Below the pieces are notes generated by a model that made no database searches, was not told the DNA's origin, and saw only the letters and a program-made list of their open reading frames with translations. Below are positions 11,621-26,297 of a stretch of DNA of 64,000 nt, piece after piece (positions within the stretch are counted from its first letter, which is position 1; each line of letters begins with the position of its first letter). This stretch comes from Tubiluchus corallicola (lineage: Eukaryota; Animalia; Priapulida). The stretch covers positions 1,674,001 through 1,738,000 of the forward strand of contig JAQGDQ010000004.1 in assembly GCA_030141605.1 (NCBI GenBank), read 5' to 3'. The position numbers and the translations under genes were made by a program.

Positions 11621-14600
11621 CTGAAACCCGAATAATTTCTGCGATGCTGATCTGATTACGTCATGCATTTTATTTTCTGGCCTGCAGGATAATGTACGAA
11701 AATTGAACTTTCTCAGTTTTGTAGCTAAGACAAGACATAATGCTAAGTAATAATAAGTCCATTATGGAGCTCTTTGACTCATAGAGGTAACCTTGAAGAA
11801 TTTCTCATGCTGTTTGGTTTCCATTGGCGCTAGTCTACAATCTTTCTACATAAAGCCAATTTAGCATCAGTGTGGTGAACGCCGATTCTCATTATCAAAT
11901 CTACTCTAACTAGGCAGCAGCAAAATAGAACCAATTATAACCTCATCGGCCTACCGTGTTTATATACAGTTGTAGACAGGCTCGGATTTGGCTGCATATA
12001 TTGGCTTGATTAGACTGCGAGCGAGTTTGCCCACCAACAGAGGTGGAATACTGCAGCTACTCTCCGAGCGTCTATTGTTAATGATACCTACTCAGCTTCA
12101 CTCGTTTGTTCTAATTGGGGAAAATAACGACGTCGCCATTATAATGGCACATAAAAAGCAGATGTGGGACTTGATGGTTTCAGTCAGAATCTCGTTATCA
12201 CTACTTAACTGTGTTCAGCTGTTGAGATGGAGGCGGTTCCAGGTGAACCCAAGGTTGTCATTAATTTCTAGAGTTTTTTATTGCTGATTGCATTTTGTGT
12301 GTTTGAAAGTATATTGAGGTTTCCATAGGATCGAACACGTTGTCACTGCCTGTTTAACTGTTCCACTGCGTTCCATCTCGGTGAACATGTACTTCCTAGG
12401 CACTTTAAGTTTCAACGTAAAGAGTTTCAGCATATGTTTTAGGTTTTTCGGTGGAAAAGTTCTGCTTTAAATTAATGTTGAACCATTTTGCTAAACCAAC
12501 GTCTTTTTCTTAGCGTATATAAATGACCCTTGATAAACAGTTTAACTAAATCACCTGTAGATACTTTCTTTTATTGTTTCCATTATGGTGGTCTCTATTT
12601 TATACTGTGAATATTACTCATTTCACTTTCTGGCACGCCCGTATTTTCAGCTATTTATTACTTACTTTAAAACCATTTGTATAACATGTTACTTTTTCTG
12701 ACTTATTCTACATTTTTGCTGCCCAGATTTCTCGCCACAATATTCTCATTTGTTGTTAAATAGGTTCTCATAGACTTGACTTTTGACTAGTTTCATGTAC
12801 GCTAGTTTCAACAACTCATGATTTAATGCTAGAGTGTAAACTGGTCGAGGTTATACGTTACTGAAAATCGTGGTTTAGTTGTTCATCACTTAGTTAAGCA
12901 TCAGTTAGAAATTTGTTACATTTTCTGTGTATAAATAAGCATTCGCTCATGCTTTTACTAATTAACATCCTACACATAAAGTTATCAGTAGAAGCTCTGA
13001 GTATTTTATCTTTAAGACTGGTACTGTGGTAAATTACTCGGAACAATAATGTCTGCAGTGCACAGAGCTCACTCACCCATTTTCAGCAATTACTGAGCTT
13101 ATTTTGAATCTTGCCACCAATTATGCGAGCGCCACTTACAAACCAAGTTCATAACGAAGCTTATCTGGAATACAAAAAGACCCAGAAAACTGCGGACTGC
13201 GTGTGTTAAATGCAACAAGTCGATACCACCCATCTCATTCTGGAATTTGGACTTTAAGTCATGTGTCTTACATAATTAATCATCTTAAAACTTCTTTTAT
13301 CAATACAAAAAACAAATAGGTTTAGTATATATACAGGTTCCTGACTACAGTTAATACACCTACGTCTAACCCCCACTCGCCGCGCCCTGTGGTCGTTGAA
13401 TACATATTGATATCGTATGGACTCATTACGCTCAGCTATAAATTCCTAATGAGATATCGAACCCTTTGTAAAGTAGCCAGTTCTTTTTCAATGGCACTGA
13501 TTGCATTGGATAAGGCAATGTTCTTGAGTGGATCTTACTGGCTTCTCGAAGATGCTATACTTACCTCACCGATAGATGGAGCCACCTTCGAATTTATATG
13601 GCTGACGACTAATTGGAGAAAGGGAAGAAATTTAATTAATAAAGTGAAGCGAAGCTGTTCTCCATCTAACGATTTGTATCAGATTACTGATTGACCTAAC
13701 AGTAACAGGTAATCATGCGAGTTCTTCGTAATGAATTTCCGTGTAGAAAGAGTTAATTACGTTTGAACCAGCATCTACGAGACATGTGCAAACATGAGCC
13801 ACTAACAAACAAGCTCCTTGCATGTAATTAGAAATTCAATTAGCGTATAAGACAAACCGTGCATATTTATAATAGGCTTTGTCGCCCAGAATTATTATGT
13901 CTAATTAAAATGTGACGTAAATTAATTTAATCGACGTGCATGGGATGAGAAACGTGTAGGTGCAGTTGACAGATATAGCGTGTTACAGGATGATTTCATA
14001 CCAATTAATTAGAAATTTTACCAAGTAATGCTAATGGTAAACATTGCTTTCCTTAAAGCTAAGTAAAACTTGGCAGATACTGAAATGAATTAAAGGTTAC
14101 TAACTGTAGCATGCACGTGGTTTAAGACTTTGAATTGTCTTTTTACTCTAGGGAATGCTCACGTGATTTGTAGCTGCAAGTTGACTGATCACGAGTAAGT
14201 GCTTAAATAAACCACGCTACAAAATGGGGTGACTTTGCTCTTGTCTTGCTCCATGCAAGTATCGTGCTGCTATACTTGCGTACATTGTATCTTGACTTAG
14301 TAGAGGTGACGGGCGTGAGTGCCTTTAGTTCGGTCTAGCTGTAAAAGTGGTGGGTGATAAAGTAACTACGCAAACACATTAAATCAAAATGGAAGCTAGT
14401 GATGCTATAGTGCCTAATGGTATGCCAATCATAGGATTGCCGTAAAGTAAACGTGTTTAAGCGCAATGCGCGTGCAACACTTTGCCAGTCCAACGGGATT
14501 ATATGCATTAAAAATAGAGTGCGCGTAATGGAGTATAAATCTTTCCCGTGTACTTATGACTACGTAATGCATTCACACTCAGCCACATTTAGTTCAGTAT

Positions 14601-17264
14601 CAAGTAACCTAATCAGTTGGACAAAGAAAAGCCATTTTGGCTATTAGCGAGAGAGATAAATTGATTTCTAATAAATCAAGGGCACTATTTAACAGTTTCT
14701 TGAAAGTTTTCGTCAATGGTGCATTAGCGAAGGTAAGATGATAGGACATCGGCTTGAAGGAAGGACTATGGGGTGATACCAGTTACTAGTTATCAGTTAT
14801 ATGCAGACTGTTGTAATAGCAGTGGTGAAATAAAGGCTTAGTGATAAACATCCAGTGAACTTTTTAGGATCCAAAACTGGCTTCTGGTTTTACCTGCTTG
14901 TTGCACCTGGTTTTAATTTGTTCATTTAAACTGTCTAGGACGCCAGGGCTGTCTCTATGTAACTGACGAAAACTGATACTGTAACAGCACATTAATAATT
15001 AATAAAGTTTGCAGCCACTAATTTAATAATTGGATGCATATAATGGGTTGGCAAGTAATTATAATGACTATGGCGTTATCAAGATGGCGGCGGCTTGCGA
15101 GTTTTATGCAGCTAACGTAACCGCATGACAGGTGTTTCTTTATTAAAGCAAGCAGGTATAATGAATTAACGAGCTCAACAGCTCATAAGATGAACAAACG
15201 GTGGAGAAAAGCGAGTAGGCCTTTTGGCTAATTAAGCGTTCAGTGATTACCTGTAACTGCGTTTGTACAGGTGTATTCGGATCAATGTTACGACAGGTAT
15301 CAGCGTGTAATTAATTCTCTACTGATCCGAACCCGTAAGCCTGGGTAAATACAAATCAATTAATAAGTTTTCTTATTAAATTTTGCTCCAGGCTTTAGCT
15401 GTTACAAACGGCTGAGACAAAGACTCGATTACTTGGTGTTTGAGCGAAACATCAATTACTCATGTTCACAGATGGCGCGTCCAAGTTACCAACTTTCCTG
15501 TATATCCAAAGATGTGCACTAGCTTTCAAAATGGCATTTTGACTTATTTTTACAGCAGAACCCTCTCTAAAATAGATTCACCACCATTCATCCAGAACTT
15601 TGGAGGCTAAGGCCTGCTTCGAATTAGTTGTACTCTAACAAGCAGTTTTGCCCTTATTACAAGCAGACACGTTTTTTACAACATCACAGGCAACCAGCTT
15701 TCTATAATCCAGGTTTATATGAACCAAAAACCATGTTAGTTCTGTTAGGATGATTGTGCTTAGTGCTGTGAGGTATCTTGCAAACTGTGTAGTAATTACG
15801 ATGAAGAATCAGTTATTTTTATCAATAAAATGTAACTGCAACAATACGACACCTTTTATAACTTGCTTCAAACATTTAAAACATCTTAAATAAGTTAAAG
15901 TTCACGTATACGCAAATAAATTTATTTGTAAAGATATGAAGTAATCTAGCCGTAAATAAAAATAACCATAAAGAAGCGTTAATGAGAACTGTAGATAAAC
16001 TTTTTTTCACATGCACTATTTTTTATTTGTTTGTTTCTTTGTTTAACGTTTCGTGATCTATTTTATAGTTGATAGATTTGAGGTACGATACAGCACTTGC
16101 AAGTTCAAGCTTCAAGGTCTTACGTTTTGCTACACGATTTATCGTGACGAAAACGCATCAGTAACTTCTTGGTGGTTTATAAAAAACAAAACTGCATACA
16201 AGCAAATTTAAAACAAGCAAAATTGAGCAGAAAACAACTGCGTTTTTTATGAACTAGCATGTAGAAAAACATTTCTAGGCCTATAGATTAAGCAAAACAA
16301 AAAATGTTTCCCTTTATGTCGTATAGGAAGACTTGAGACCCTTCGTCAAGGTCTAGCCATTCCTTCCAGTGACCGAAGTCCCCTTCTCTGGACGAAAGAT
16401 TCATTATAACTTTATGATTATATGTGAGCAAAGTAATTGCAAGTATTAAATTTAATATACAGATGCCAGTGCGATTAAGTAACGAGATAATTGTTATAAT
16501 AGCCGAAAACATCTTTTAACTGTAAATGTATCCACTAGTAACTTGCAATAGCAGGAACATTTCAAAAGAAGTAGTTTGCATAGAACAAATTTTATGAGCA
16601 TTACAACGATGGAACCTGTTGCGATGTTGAAATCACCTAGTATATGTTACATATATATTATATATGTAATGATATTTATAATATTATGTGTAATATTATA
16701 TAGCAATTATCATTATAGCATACAACAAGTGCATCATGTGTACCTAGGCCTATATGCGCGCCACTAGGCCTTGCTTAATAGATAACTAAATTTTGCACCA
16801 GTAACCAGTATATAAAATCTGGCTTCCCGACTCTCATTCCAAGTAGAATCAAGAACAGAAACATCTGCTATTTTTCCATGTTTTGTTTGAGCTTACGTAA
16901 ATCGGATTCAACTCTTAATTGGCAGCGGTTTTGCTAACGAACGTCCGCCTATTAACCCTGATTACTCTATGAAGTCTGTAGGTCGACAGACAATTCTGCT
17001 AATTTGGCGTAATTTCTTAGATTTCTTGGGGCAGATGTGACAATAATCAAAAACTCTTTTTGTTAATTTTTGAAAATAATGAAAACAAAGAACTTACGTA
17101 ACGTATTATAAGTTTTATTATGATTACCAACAGTCCGTTGGTAAGTGAACAGTTGGACATAACAATGCATAAAAAAACAAACGCTAAGCTTTCAAAGTGA
17201 GAAGCTGCTTTTGCCTATTTAGAAAGTTATGGAATAAGTACTAAATCGATGTTTGCTTCTTTAG

Positions 17265-17337
17265 ATTATTTGGCGGCGGTGCCTGTACGTCGTGCGGACA
17301 GACCATACCTGCTAACGAGTTCGTAATGCGATCTCAG
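17265..17337 (+). CDS. LMO4: LMO4-like LIM domain only protein, exon encoding the linker and start of LIM2
   Basis: Bounded by tttag| and cag|gtaaat. Encodes LFGGGACTSCGQTIPANEFVMRSQ, matching LMO4 LFGNSGACSACGQSIPASELVMRAQ. Confidence 0.92.
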
Positions 17338-18021
17338 GTAAATAAAGTATCTTTTTACATAAGTTTTGTAGCACTTCTCTACATGTTTGCACTCTATAAG
17401 TTTGCGTTCTATAGAAAGTTGTCGGTATTTGACCAATTTACTATGCACCTAAACAAAGTAAATCATATTCCAAATAAACATACTACTTCACTTTATTTTA
17501 TTTGTGTTCTGGGTTTGTTTTACTGAACCCTTCTTAGTAAACAAGCGACTTCCAGGAGCACAAATCTTGCAAAAAACTTAACCGCTGCAGACGTTTTCGA
17601 AATACGCAGAGGCAATAACAGTATTTGTATTAATCATTTGTTTTCTTCTCTGGTAACAGAAATATGACAAAACGTCAAACTATTTAACACATTTTGTGAA
17701 ATAATAATCGAATATTTTATTACCAAGTGATTATACTCTTTAATTGTTTCGTACGTAACAGGTCGAAGTACAATATATGAAAATAAGTAAATGACTTTAC
17801 ATATCATCTATCATTTTACGTAAATAGGTATTTCTAAACACATGGCAACTTGGTGGACTTTATCTCCAAGTTCAAATTTTTGTTGTAACTAAAAAAATAT
17901 CAAAAAATTGTTAGATGATTTCAAAAATTCTTAGTTCAAAAACTCTCTGTAAAGTTAGTTTCATGCACAATTCATGTATTTAGTTGTTATAGTCAATTTA
18001 AAAGGCTTCACTTTGTTCCAG

Positions 18022-18186
18022 GGTAACGTGTATCATGTAAAGTGTTTCATCTGCACATCGTGCCATTGTCAACTTTGTCCAGGTGACAGGTACTCTGTAA
18101 TCAATGGGTCTCTTTTTTGTGAGCTGGACTGCAACCGGATACTTAAAGGTGCGATGCCAGCACCATCACAGCTAAGAAATAATAAA
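18022..18186 (+). CDS. LMO4: LMO4-like protein, exon encoding the rest of LIM2 and the C-terminal tail
   Basis: Bounded by ttccag| and aaa|gtgagt; 165 nt, phase 0-0. Encodes GNVYHVKCFICTSCHCQLCPGDRYSVINGSLFCELDCNRILKGAMPAPSQLRNNK (LMO4: GNVYHLKCFTCSTCRNRLVPGDRFHYINGSLFCEHD). Confidence 0.95.
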
Positions 18187-21100
18187 GTGAGTAGAGACAT
18201 AACTCCATCTTTTCACCGCCATGTGCAACTTGCAATACAGTATAAGTTACAAAATTACACTTCCTGCATGCATCACACTTTTTACTGGAATATTGAAGGT
18301 TATAAAACATATATTTTTATTATACTTTATTGTTGGCTTCTTAAAATGGTGTAACTTAAAACCAATTTTACTTACATTCTTTGTAGTTACAACAAAAATG
18401 CACAAAAATTCAGATGGAGCAGATTTAGCTTTTTTCCATTCATGAGTTTACTCGAAAAAACATTTAATACCTTTATATACATAAAACAATACTATTGCAA
18501 AACAAACACCACAGTACCTACATAAGAACAGTTTTTATATTACTGTAATAATAAGTTTTTTTGGACTCTTCAGCACATACCAAACTGAAATGCAGCATTC
18601 AGATTCAGAGCCTATTCAACGTTTATATCGAGCCTGGCTCATTATCAAAGGTAACCCACTAACATAATCATTCATGTACTTGTAAACTCTGCAAGTAAAC
18701 AGCCAAAATCAGTTTTGTGAATGAAATAACTCAGAACAAGTATCGAACTCAGACATGAGACATTGACATATGTATGCAAAACCAGTGAACCATGAATCTA
18801 TCACCAAAAAATCCAACAAAAGGTAATAAAAATAACAGGAAAAGCATTACAAATAGAGTTTCACCAATAAGAGCAATTTTTCTGTTACTGTAATAGTAAG
18901 CAATGTAAATAATATAATTTTTAAAAAAGTTTGCACCATAGTGTTAGCTTTTTCAACGTGTAGTTAATAAAATGTCTTATTTCGATAGATAAACGTTTTG
19001 GAGCACCACTAAACCCACAATTTTCCTTACATACCTACCTATTCTTGAAAGGGGAACTGTAATTTGTGCACTGCTGGATCCCTTTTCCTTGTCTGAGATG
19101 GTACTAACATGTTAGCTTCCTCAGCTGCTGGGATTCCCACGCTTTGTCATTCTGACAATTGCCGTTCTGTCTCCTGCCTGTTTAAATATTTCATTGTTGC
19201 TGATTTGCCATTTAAAATATGTAAACTAATGCGTATCTCTAGCGTTTGCCATCACTTTGTAACTGAAATTTGATTTTAAAATTTTATTCTCGCTTATTAA
19301 GTGATCTCACTTTTTTTGGTACAAGCTAACCATGCGCTTCAAGGAAATTTTGTTATTTGTGACTTTCAAGTTCAATAAAACGCAGTTGTTTACAGTACAA
19401 GTTGTATTAACACAATATAGATCTTTATTTCGCAATAATTATAGACATGTAGTTGTAAGGTAAGTATATTAACTATTAAAGCTATTCTGCTCTGCTTTGA
19501 AATTAAATAAAATGTGATTCTGTGTTTCTAAAATTAAGTATAAACAATCACATGTCATAATGCTCAATTTCAGTCTTGATTTTATAAGTTTAGTTAAATA
19601 GCAAACAGTTGTCTGTTTAGGATAGTCAAAGCACTTCAAAACATTGGAAGCCAAACCGGTCACAACTCCATATAGCAGCTGTCTAATAACATGGCTTCGG
19701 TCCCCCCTAGAGAGATTTTCCAGCAATAAGAGGAAAATTAATTAAATTTCTTTCAGTGTTCTGGCAAGAGCAAGCTCCCTCTCGTATCATCTATTGACAT
19801 TACTTAACTAGTTTGGGTGGTTTATCGTTTAGGGATGCAATAGATAACATTGTAGATCTAAACTTGTATCGGTGACCCTTCTCAACTATTCATTATAACG
19901 AATTATGATTGCAATGGGTTTTCTTGTTAGCGAAGGTGAATCATTTTCCTAAATATGGCATGCCCCCAGCAACCGGTCTGTCGTGATTTCTGTATCAGCC
20001 CCGTATTAATTTAGCTTGATAATATCTAATATAAGTGATGGCTGAATAAGGTTGAGTTAAAATCAGTATATGCATGCTGGGTGACCTGGTTCACATGCTG
20101 ATTGCAATCTTGATGATCTTTTTTCTTTCCTTTTCTTCATTTAAGTACATATGGAATGAAAATTAACTGACAAATCAAGATTTAAGGTTATTTACAGTGT
20201 CCGACCGTACGTTGGTTGACTTGGTGGTTCATTTATATTTGCTGGGACGTACAGTGAAGATGGTGATGGTTGTGTCAACAATCGTGTATGTTGGTGTTTG
20301 TGTTAATAATGGTGATAGTGAGATGATGCTGATTATGAAATATTTTGATGGTAAGATAGCAGAGACGATGATGAGATGTAGAAGTAGGAACCTGAAGTCA
20401 TGAGTAAATGGTGATTTTCAGCAAAAGTTTAACATGCGAAATATCAAATACATGTATTGCACTGTTTGTCTTGTATCCAGTTTTTCTTTAGCTATTGCCC
20501 GTTTATGACATTTATGTGAATCACACTAGTGGCAATAATATGTTGTCAGCAGTTTACCTAAGCTAAAGTACTTAGTAACATCAATAACATCATTTCATAA
20601 CTGGTTGCTGTTGTTAAGGTGTATTCAGCATGGCATTGATTGCAAAAGTTTGTAATTACTGAACTGTTGAGATGATACCTGCGTTGGAAAAGATCAGTTA
20701 GTGTCTAACCAGCCAAACAGACGAGGTGATAATTGTTATAGATAATGTCACTGTCTTAATGCGTAAAGTATTATTAGTTCATTTGCATAACGTTAACATA
20801 TTAATGTAAATGTTAATGTTACTATCGAAAGCTAGTGTTGGTGCTTTGTTTAATGCTCATACAAATTGCTTGTATTAATACGTATTCCTGTTGAAGACTT
20901 TTGATATTAATATTAGTACAAACGGTCGTTAAAAGAATTGCAAATGAAAGTTTGTTCATAAAACAAAATTTCTGGAATTAGCTTGGGATTTGAGTGTTAG
21001 CATTAGCTTAGTGTTAGTGTTACCGTTAGTTATTTTCACTTGTTATTGAGGATTGGTATTGTGGCTTCTTGCCGCCTGTGCCACTCAGCAGCTCACAGAA

Positions 21101-21220
21101 TCATATTCCCTGATACAAGCAATCATCTATTGAGCTGCTGCCTGTGATTCACAGCAAATTCGGCTGGTAAATAGCGTACATGAAACACGTTTTAATGCAT
21201 TACTCAACAAGCAGGCAGCA

Positions 21221-21292
21221 CTTAGTGGTGCGTTAACTTAAACAACAATCACCGAGCAGCTGGCTATGTCTTAGTGGTACGTTAACTTAAAC
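21221..21292. repeat. 23-bp direct repeat, period 49 bp
   Basis: cttagtggtgcgttaacttaaac (21221) and cttagtggtacgttaacttaaac (21270). Confidence 0.8.
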
Positions 21293-24261
21293 GTAATCAG
21301 CGACTATGTGTCTTTCCTTCCTCGGGCACCACGCAATGGCGGCGGTATTAGTCTAGGTCACATGTGTTACATATGTAGCATGAACTGTTTAAAACTTTCC
21401 CAAACAAAAAATGGCTTCTCTCTTCATGCTGCACATGCAAAGAAGCCGACAAACAAGGGCGATGGCGATAGCTGCATGATTCCTTCTAGCCCTATAGAAG
21501 CCAAAAAAGCATAGGTTGGTAGGACCTCAAATATATTGTACAGTTATCCACGGAAAACAATGCTAATAATACACAGAGACATCGGGCCATCATAAAGGAA
21601 TTTGACATTGTAAAAAGTTTTGAAACTGTAAAGCGCGTGTGATCACGGTGATGTGACTTTGAGGAAATGTGACTTTGATACTTGTGAATAGTACAAGGTT
21701 AACGGAAAATAATAAAAACTTGAATTAATCCTTTTCGCTGAGAAAAGCGGAACTAAAATTAGAATGCCTTTGTCTCAAGCAATTATGAATTAGAGCTCTT
21801 AAGATTTAGAAACTTTTGAAACTCGAAATCTCGCTTGTCACAATGATCCACAACTTCGCCATTTTGCCAGCCTCATCAAACACTGAATCCCGTGCTTAAA
21901 GTTTCTCCTATAATCACCTATTATTCGTAATCTTGACATATTAGTTCGTATGACATTGGATTTTACTTACACATTCATGGGAGTAGACCTCTTTTCGCGA
22001 GACTCCTTGCCTTATCCTAAGTATGCTTTGCTCTGTAAATCATTCTTGTAGCTAACATACCTCCTACATTGTGGATAATCAGCAGTTGACAAGTCTATCA
22101 TATGCTCTTGGCCTGTAGGGATAGTGGGACCAATTTACGAGGTGGCAGATGCCTTGATCAAATCTGGCAATCAGTTCAATGCTGAGGTAGCGCTATGATC
22201 AGCTGGGATTCTCTTTAATTTCTTCCTCATTATCTTTAATGATGGCTAACAGAGGCCAGGAATGAAGCCAGTTTTTACCGAGACTTGCAGCTCGTTAGGA
22301 GATGTAAGCCTCGCGATCACGTGGAGGACACATCCATTTGTTTCGTGCATAAATAAATGTGAGCTTATTAAAACACGATTAGGTCCTAATAAGATTTCAC
22401 ATTGGGCGTCTGTAAGCTGGATAATTGCGTTTGTACGTGTTTAAACAAGGTTTGAGTCGCAGCTGAGAATTGGATTAAGCAGCAACTGAAGAATACATCT
22501 TGTTCTGATTAGGAGAAAATTTCACGTTTGCACACCTCCTCCAGAATAAATTTATGTTTGGTAAATTTGATACCAGTTCATCTAGTGCCCCTTAAGGAAA
22601 CCCATGATTTAATTTTGCTGGGTTGTCACAAGCAAAGATGAGTAATGCAATTATTTTGGTGACTCAGTGATTTAGTTTTTCAAACTCTCTTGCAGTACAG
22701 TGCTACCACAAAATTCATTTTATTCCTAGAGAGTCATACTTGGAGAAAAGTAATAAAATCTTATCTGTAGTAGAGTTATTAAATTCTTAACAAAACAATA
22801 AATAAAAATAACTTAATAAAATGTTATAAAATTCTTTGACGTGCGTTACTTGTTAAACAAATTAGTAGTTATTTAATGAGACATAAGACAGAACCAAAAT
22901 CGAAGGCATTTTCGGCGGGTGCCATTGCTTTCAACCAACGGTACATAGAAAATGTGTACACAGCATTTTTGACAGATATACGTATTTGCTTGTTTTTCGT
23001 CGGTTAATGTAAAATGGCATGGGTTTTTCTCCTGGATACACATTTGTGGTAACTAACGGCGCGTTCAGACTAGCGCGAGTTTTCTCGCCAAGTAAACTAT
23101 CTTAGTAACTCGCAAGCGTGTTCAATTAGTGTCAACGAGTTTGCAAATTTTTGCCGACAGTAACTCGTAAAGCAATTCACACTTGCGAGGGTGCTGTCAA
23201 GATTCAAAATCGCAACAGAGGACTTGATTAGTCTGGGCGCCCAGTTAGACTAGAAAACATAACCAGTGAATAATAAAATGTACAAAGATAATACACTGCA
23301 ATTGTAAATCACAAATCTTCGAATCTCAAGTCTCGGTCATCATTTCTGTTTTCTTTATGCTATATATCCATACTCATGATGCACATTTTTGCTAGCCGTC
23401 TTAGCAGTCTTCTGATAACTCTATGTGACTACCTCACTGTTCATTTGATGGTTATCAGGTTTCTCTTTTCACCAGTTCTTTATTCCAGTTTGGAGGCACT
23501 AAAATGTATCAGTATCGACTCCTTCCGAAAATTACTCCTTATAATTGTTGCCTAAGCTAAGGCGGAGCCCCAGCCGAGGCACCTTGCGTCGTCATCATCA
23601 TCATCATCGTTGTCGTTATGCGGTATGGTAATCATTTTCTTTGTTATACTTTTCTCCTTTATCGCAATGATATGCTAACGTATCACAGAGCATTTTCAAA
23701 ACCAGTTTAACCATATATTCTAATTAACATGTGTCAAATGACAATAGGCCTTTATCAAACAAAGAGATTGGAGCGAAGTCGATTTAAATTAAGTGTGAAC
23801 CTCTTTCGTTAGGATAAGCCACAAAAAGTGATATGTGTCACAGCAGGGGGTGACAAAGCAATCATAGCGCCCAAAGACAAGATAAATTTGGACGAAGTGA
23901 TCGATAAAAGTCTGAGCGGTGCGATAATTGACACCATTCTTTCTTTCTGTATGAAGTCGATACCCAGTTAACGAATGAGACAGTTTTTAATGATGCAATT
24001 CCAGCCCGAATGATTTTCCTTGGGTCTATATGGTTTTGGATTTGCCATGCGTTTATCATTAAGGACAGGTTTTCTATGATAGAGGCGTGAGAGTCAATCC
24101 ACGTAGTCTGCTTGGTGGCCTAAATTATCTGGAGACGGCTCGTAGGAGTAAGATGATTTCTATTTCACCATTGACGTACTTCGTAGGCTTATAGGGTTAG
24201 GTATTTAGCTAGGACTCTGGCTTGGGCTAGCAGCTCGGCATCTGCTTCTAGGGCATAAGCG

Positions 24262-25172
24262 CAGTGGCACAGCTAGAACTTGTGGCGCGGAGGTGTCACT
24301 CATATTTAGCTCCCTCCCATGAAAATGTTTGTAAGAAAATTTTTGGTTTCTAAAATGTAGCAGTGTTGCTTCGCAATTGCGATAAGTTGTGGAGTAAAAT
24401 AAAAAATTACTACTGCTGAAAAAAATAAAAAAGCTTGTTTGGGAAGAAATAAGTTCAACTTATATGTTTCAATGAATTACGATCCACAAAGGCTTCTTCA
24501 AATGTTAAAGCAGAAAAAAACGTTAGAATGGTAGTTGAAAACCATTCTGGAGTGACTTCCAAGACGTCGTTGCATTTGACGGAGAATTTTGAACATCATA
24601 ACAGGTGACCAAATAAAAGTCAATTGTCGTCAAAATATTCCAAAGATAAGGTTGAGATTACTTAATAGATCCACAAATATTTATGTCAAACGAAGATATT
24701 TAAATTAAATTCACATTCCGACGGAGATGTTCAAAAGCCGGTTAACTACGTTGGCGAGCCAAGAAGCCATTGAATCACAATCATTATTAGGTAAGTAGAG
24801 CTAATTGCAATAACACCATTGTTATAGAAAGCAAATGGCAGCGATAACTACATCGTCAAAAAGCGGTCGAAATTTTATGTAAATATTTGTGATAGCCTTG
24901 CTGTTACAACCGTGATTATAAATGTATGCATGTATCACAGTTAACTTGAAACGTGCATGTACCGCGCAGAACTTTGAAAGCAAAGTCAAACTATGTTGCA
25001 AATGTTACAATGATACTAAATTACTAATTATCATCTCCCTTGCCGCAATGAGTAGGAGACGCCTTCGTGGAAAATTAAATTGTCATGTTTTTTACCTTTA
25101 AACTGTTATGATAGAATGAACTCTTTTAGTTTACTTGATCAAAACGCCAGCATCCCCTTCGTTTCGCCACTG
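24262..25172. mobile_element. Possible old non-autonomous hAT-like element
   Basis: Ends cagtggcac... and ...cgccactg form short TIRs; the 8-bp flanks match only partly (cataagcg/gataattt). Confidence 0.3.
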
Positions 25173-25744
25173 GATAATTTTCAAGGCAATTAGCTAAAAA
25201 TTAGGTACTACCCTCGAATCAGCAGTTCCAGATCGAAAAGTCTCTTATTCTGCATGTGTCTTGTAGCTTGTGCTTTCGGAAAGTCAGAACGTTCGCTTAC
25301 TTGTTGTTCTGTTTTTTCTGTTAATTTTGAATAGTCAGTTTCACTTGCAATGAGCTTATCAGCAGCATCTTGGGGATCAGTTACTGACCTCTGTCTTAGT
25401 GCCTGTGTGTGTATTTCCGAATATAAACTGAAAAGTAACTCCATCCTTTAAGCTCAGAAAATTCTTGAGGTGAAATAAAAGTAAATTCAGACCAAGTGAG
25501 TGAATCTCCAAGTGAGTGATTTGTGAGGGGACAGGTAGGTCCACCTTAGTGACTGTCCCTTTCTAGTCAGTGTGGCTCTTTTCGTTCTTAATAAGAATCA
25601 GTGCAAATAGTTTAGCAATCACTGCAATAAATCTATTTCAAATATATTTATTGCAGTGATTACTTTCCGCTACCATAAATTACGAGTGCTCATTATTACA
25701 AAAAAATTAATATTATTGGTGGACGGTTGGACTCACTGTTACTA

Positions 25745-25965
25745 ATAAGGTAACGGATAACGCGTCTGCTTTCCTTCCGGGAGTCTGCGGCTCTGATTGC
25801 GGAGCCGCGTCATGCCAAAAACTTAAAATGTGGTACCTGCATAGTATTTAAAAGCGCTGTAATAGTAGTCTCTGTTGTGCAGTTGCAGAATTGTTTTATA
25901 CACAGAGAAGCTCTTTGAGTTTGTTAATCCGACTTAGAAAGCTGACCTTAAATAAAGATTACTCA
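25745..25965 (+). mobile_element. Degenerate tRNA-derived SINE-like element
   Basis: tRNA-like head (ggtaacggataacgcgtctgc...), central tcatgccaaaaacttaaaatgtggtacctgc resembling a conserved SINE core as I recall it, and a 3' tail ending aaataaagattact. Confidence 0.35.
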
Positions 25966-26297
25966 TTGTTATATGATTATAATACTTCTAGATTAACAAA
26001 GTTCACTGGAACTTTATCGACCTAGAATAAGATAAGAGATCTCGTTGTTAAATTTCAGAAGTTTTTGCAAGATATCTACTATTAGTTACGAAAGTTAGGA
26101 AATACTATTTTACTTGTTAGCACGTGTCACCCTCAACAATTTACCTGAAATCTCTTTATCAGCTAGGTCAATGTCAATCATAACCCAACTCTAAAAGGAG
26201 TTAGAGAGCAAAATTTTGGTAGCTCCTCACCTAGCTAAACTACCCAAGGTAACAGAGAAACACCGAAACATGTCCACCCTTGTGTCAGAAATTGGGT

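Noticed and set aside
15271-15296. Possible 26-nt microexon (tacag|...cag|gtatca) upstream of LIM2
   Set aside because: Weak pyrimidine tract, no ATG in the frame that would join LIM2 and no LIM similarity.
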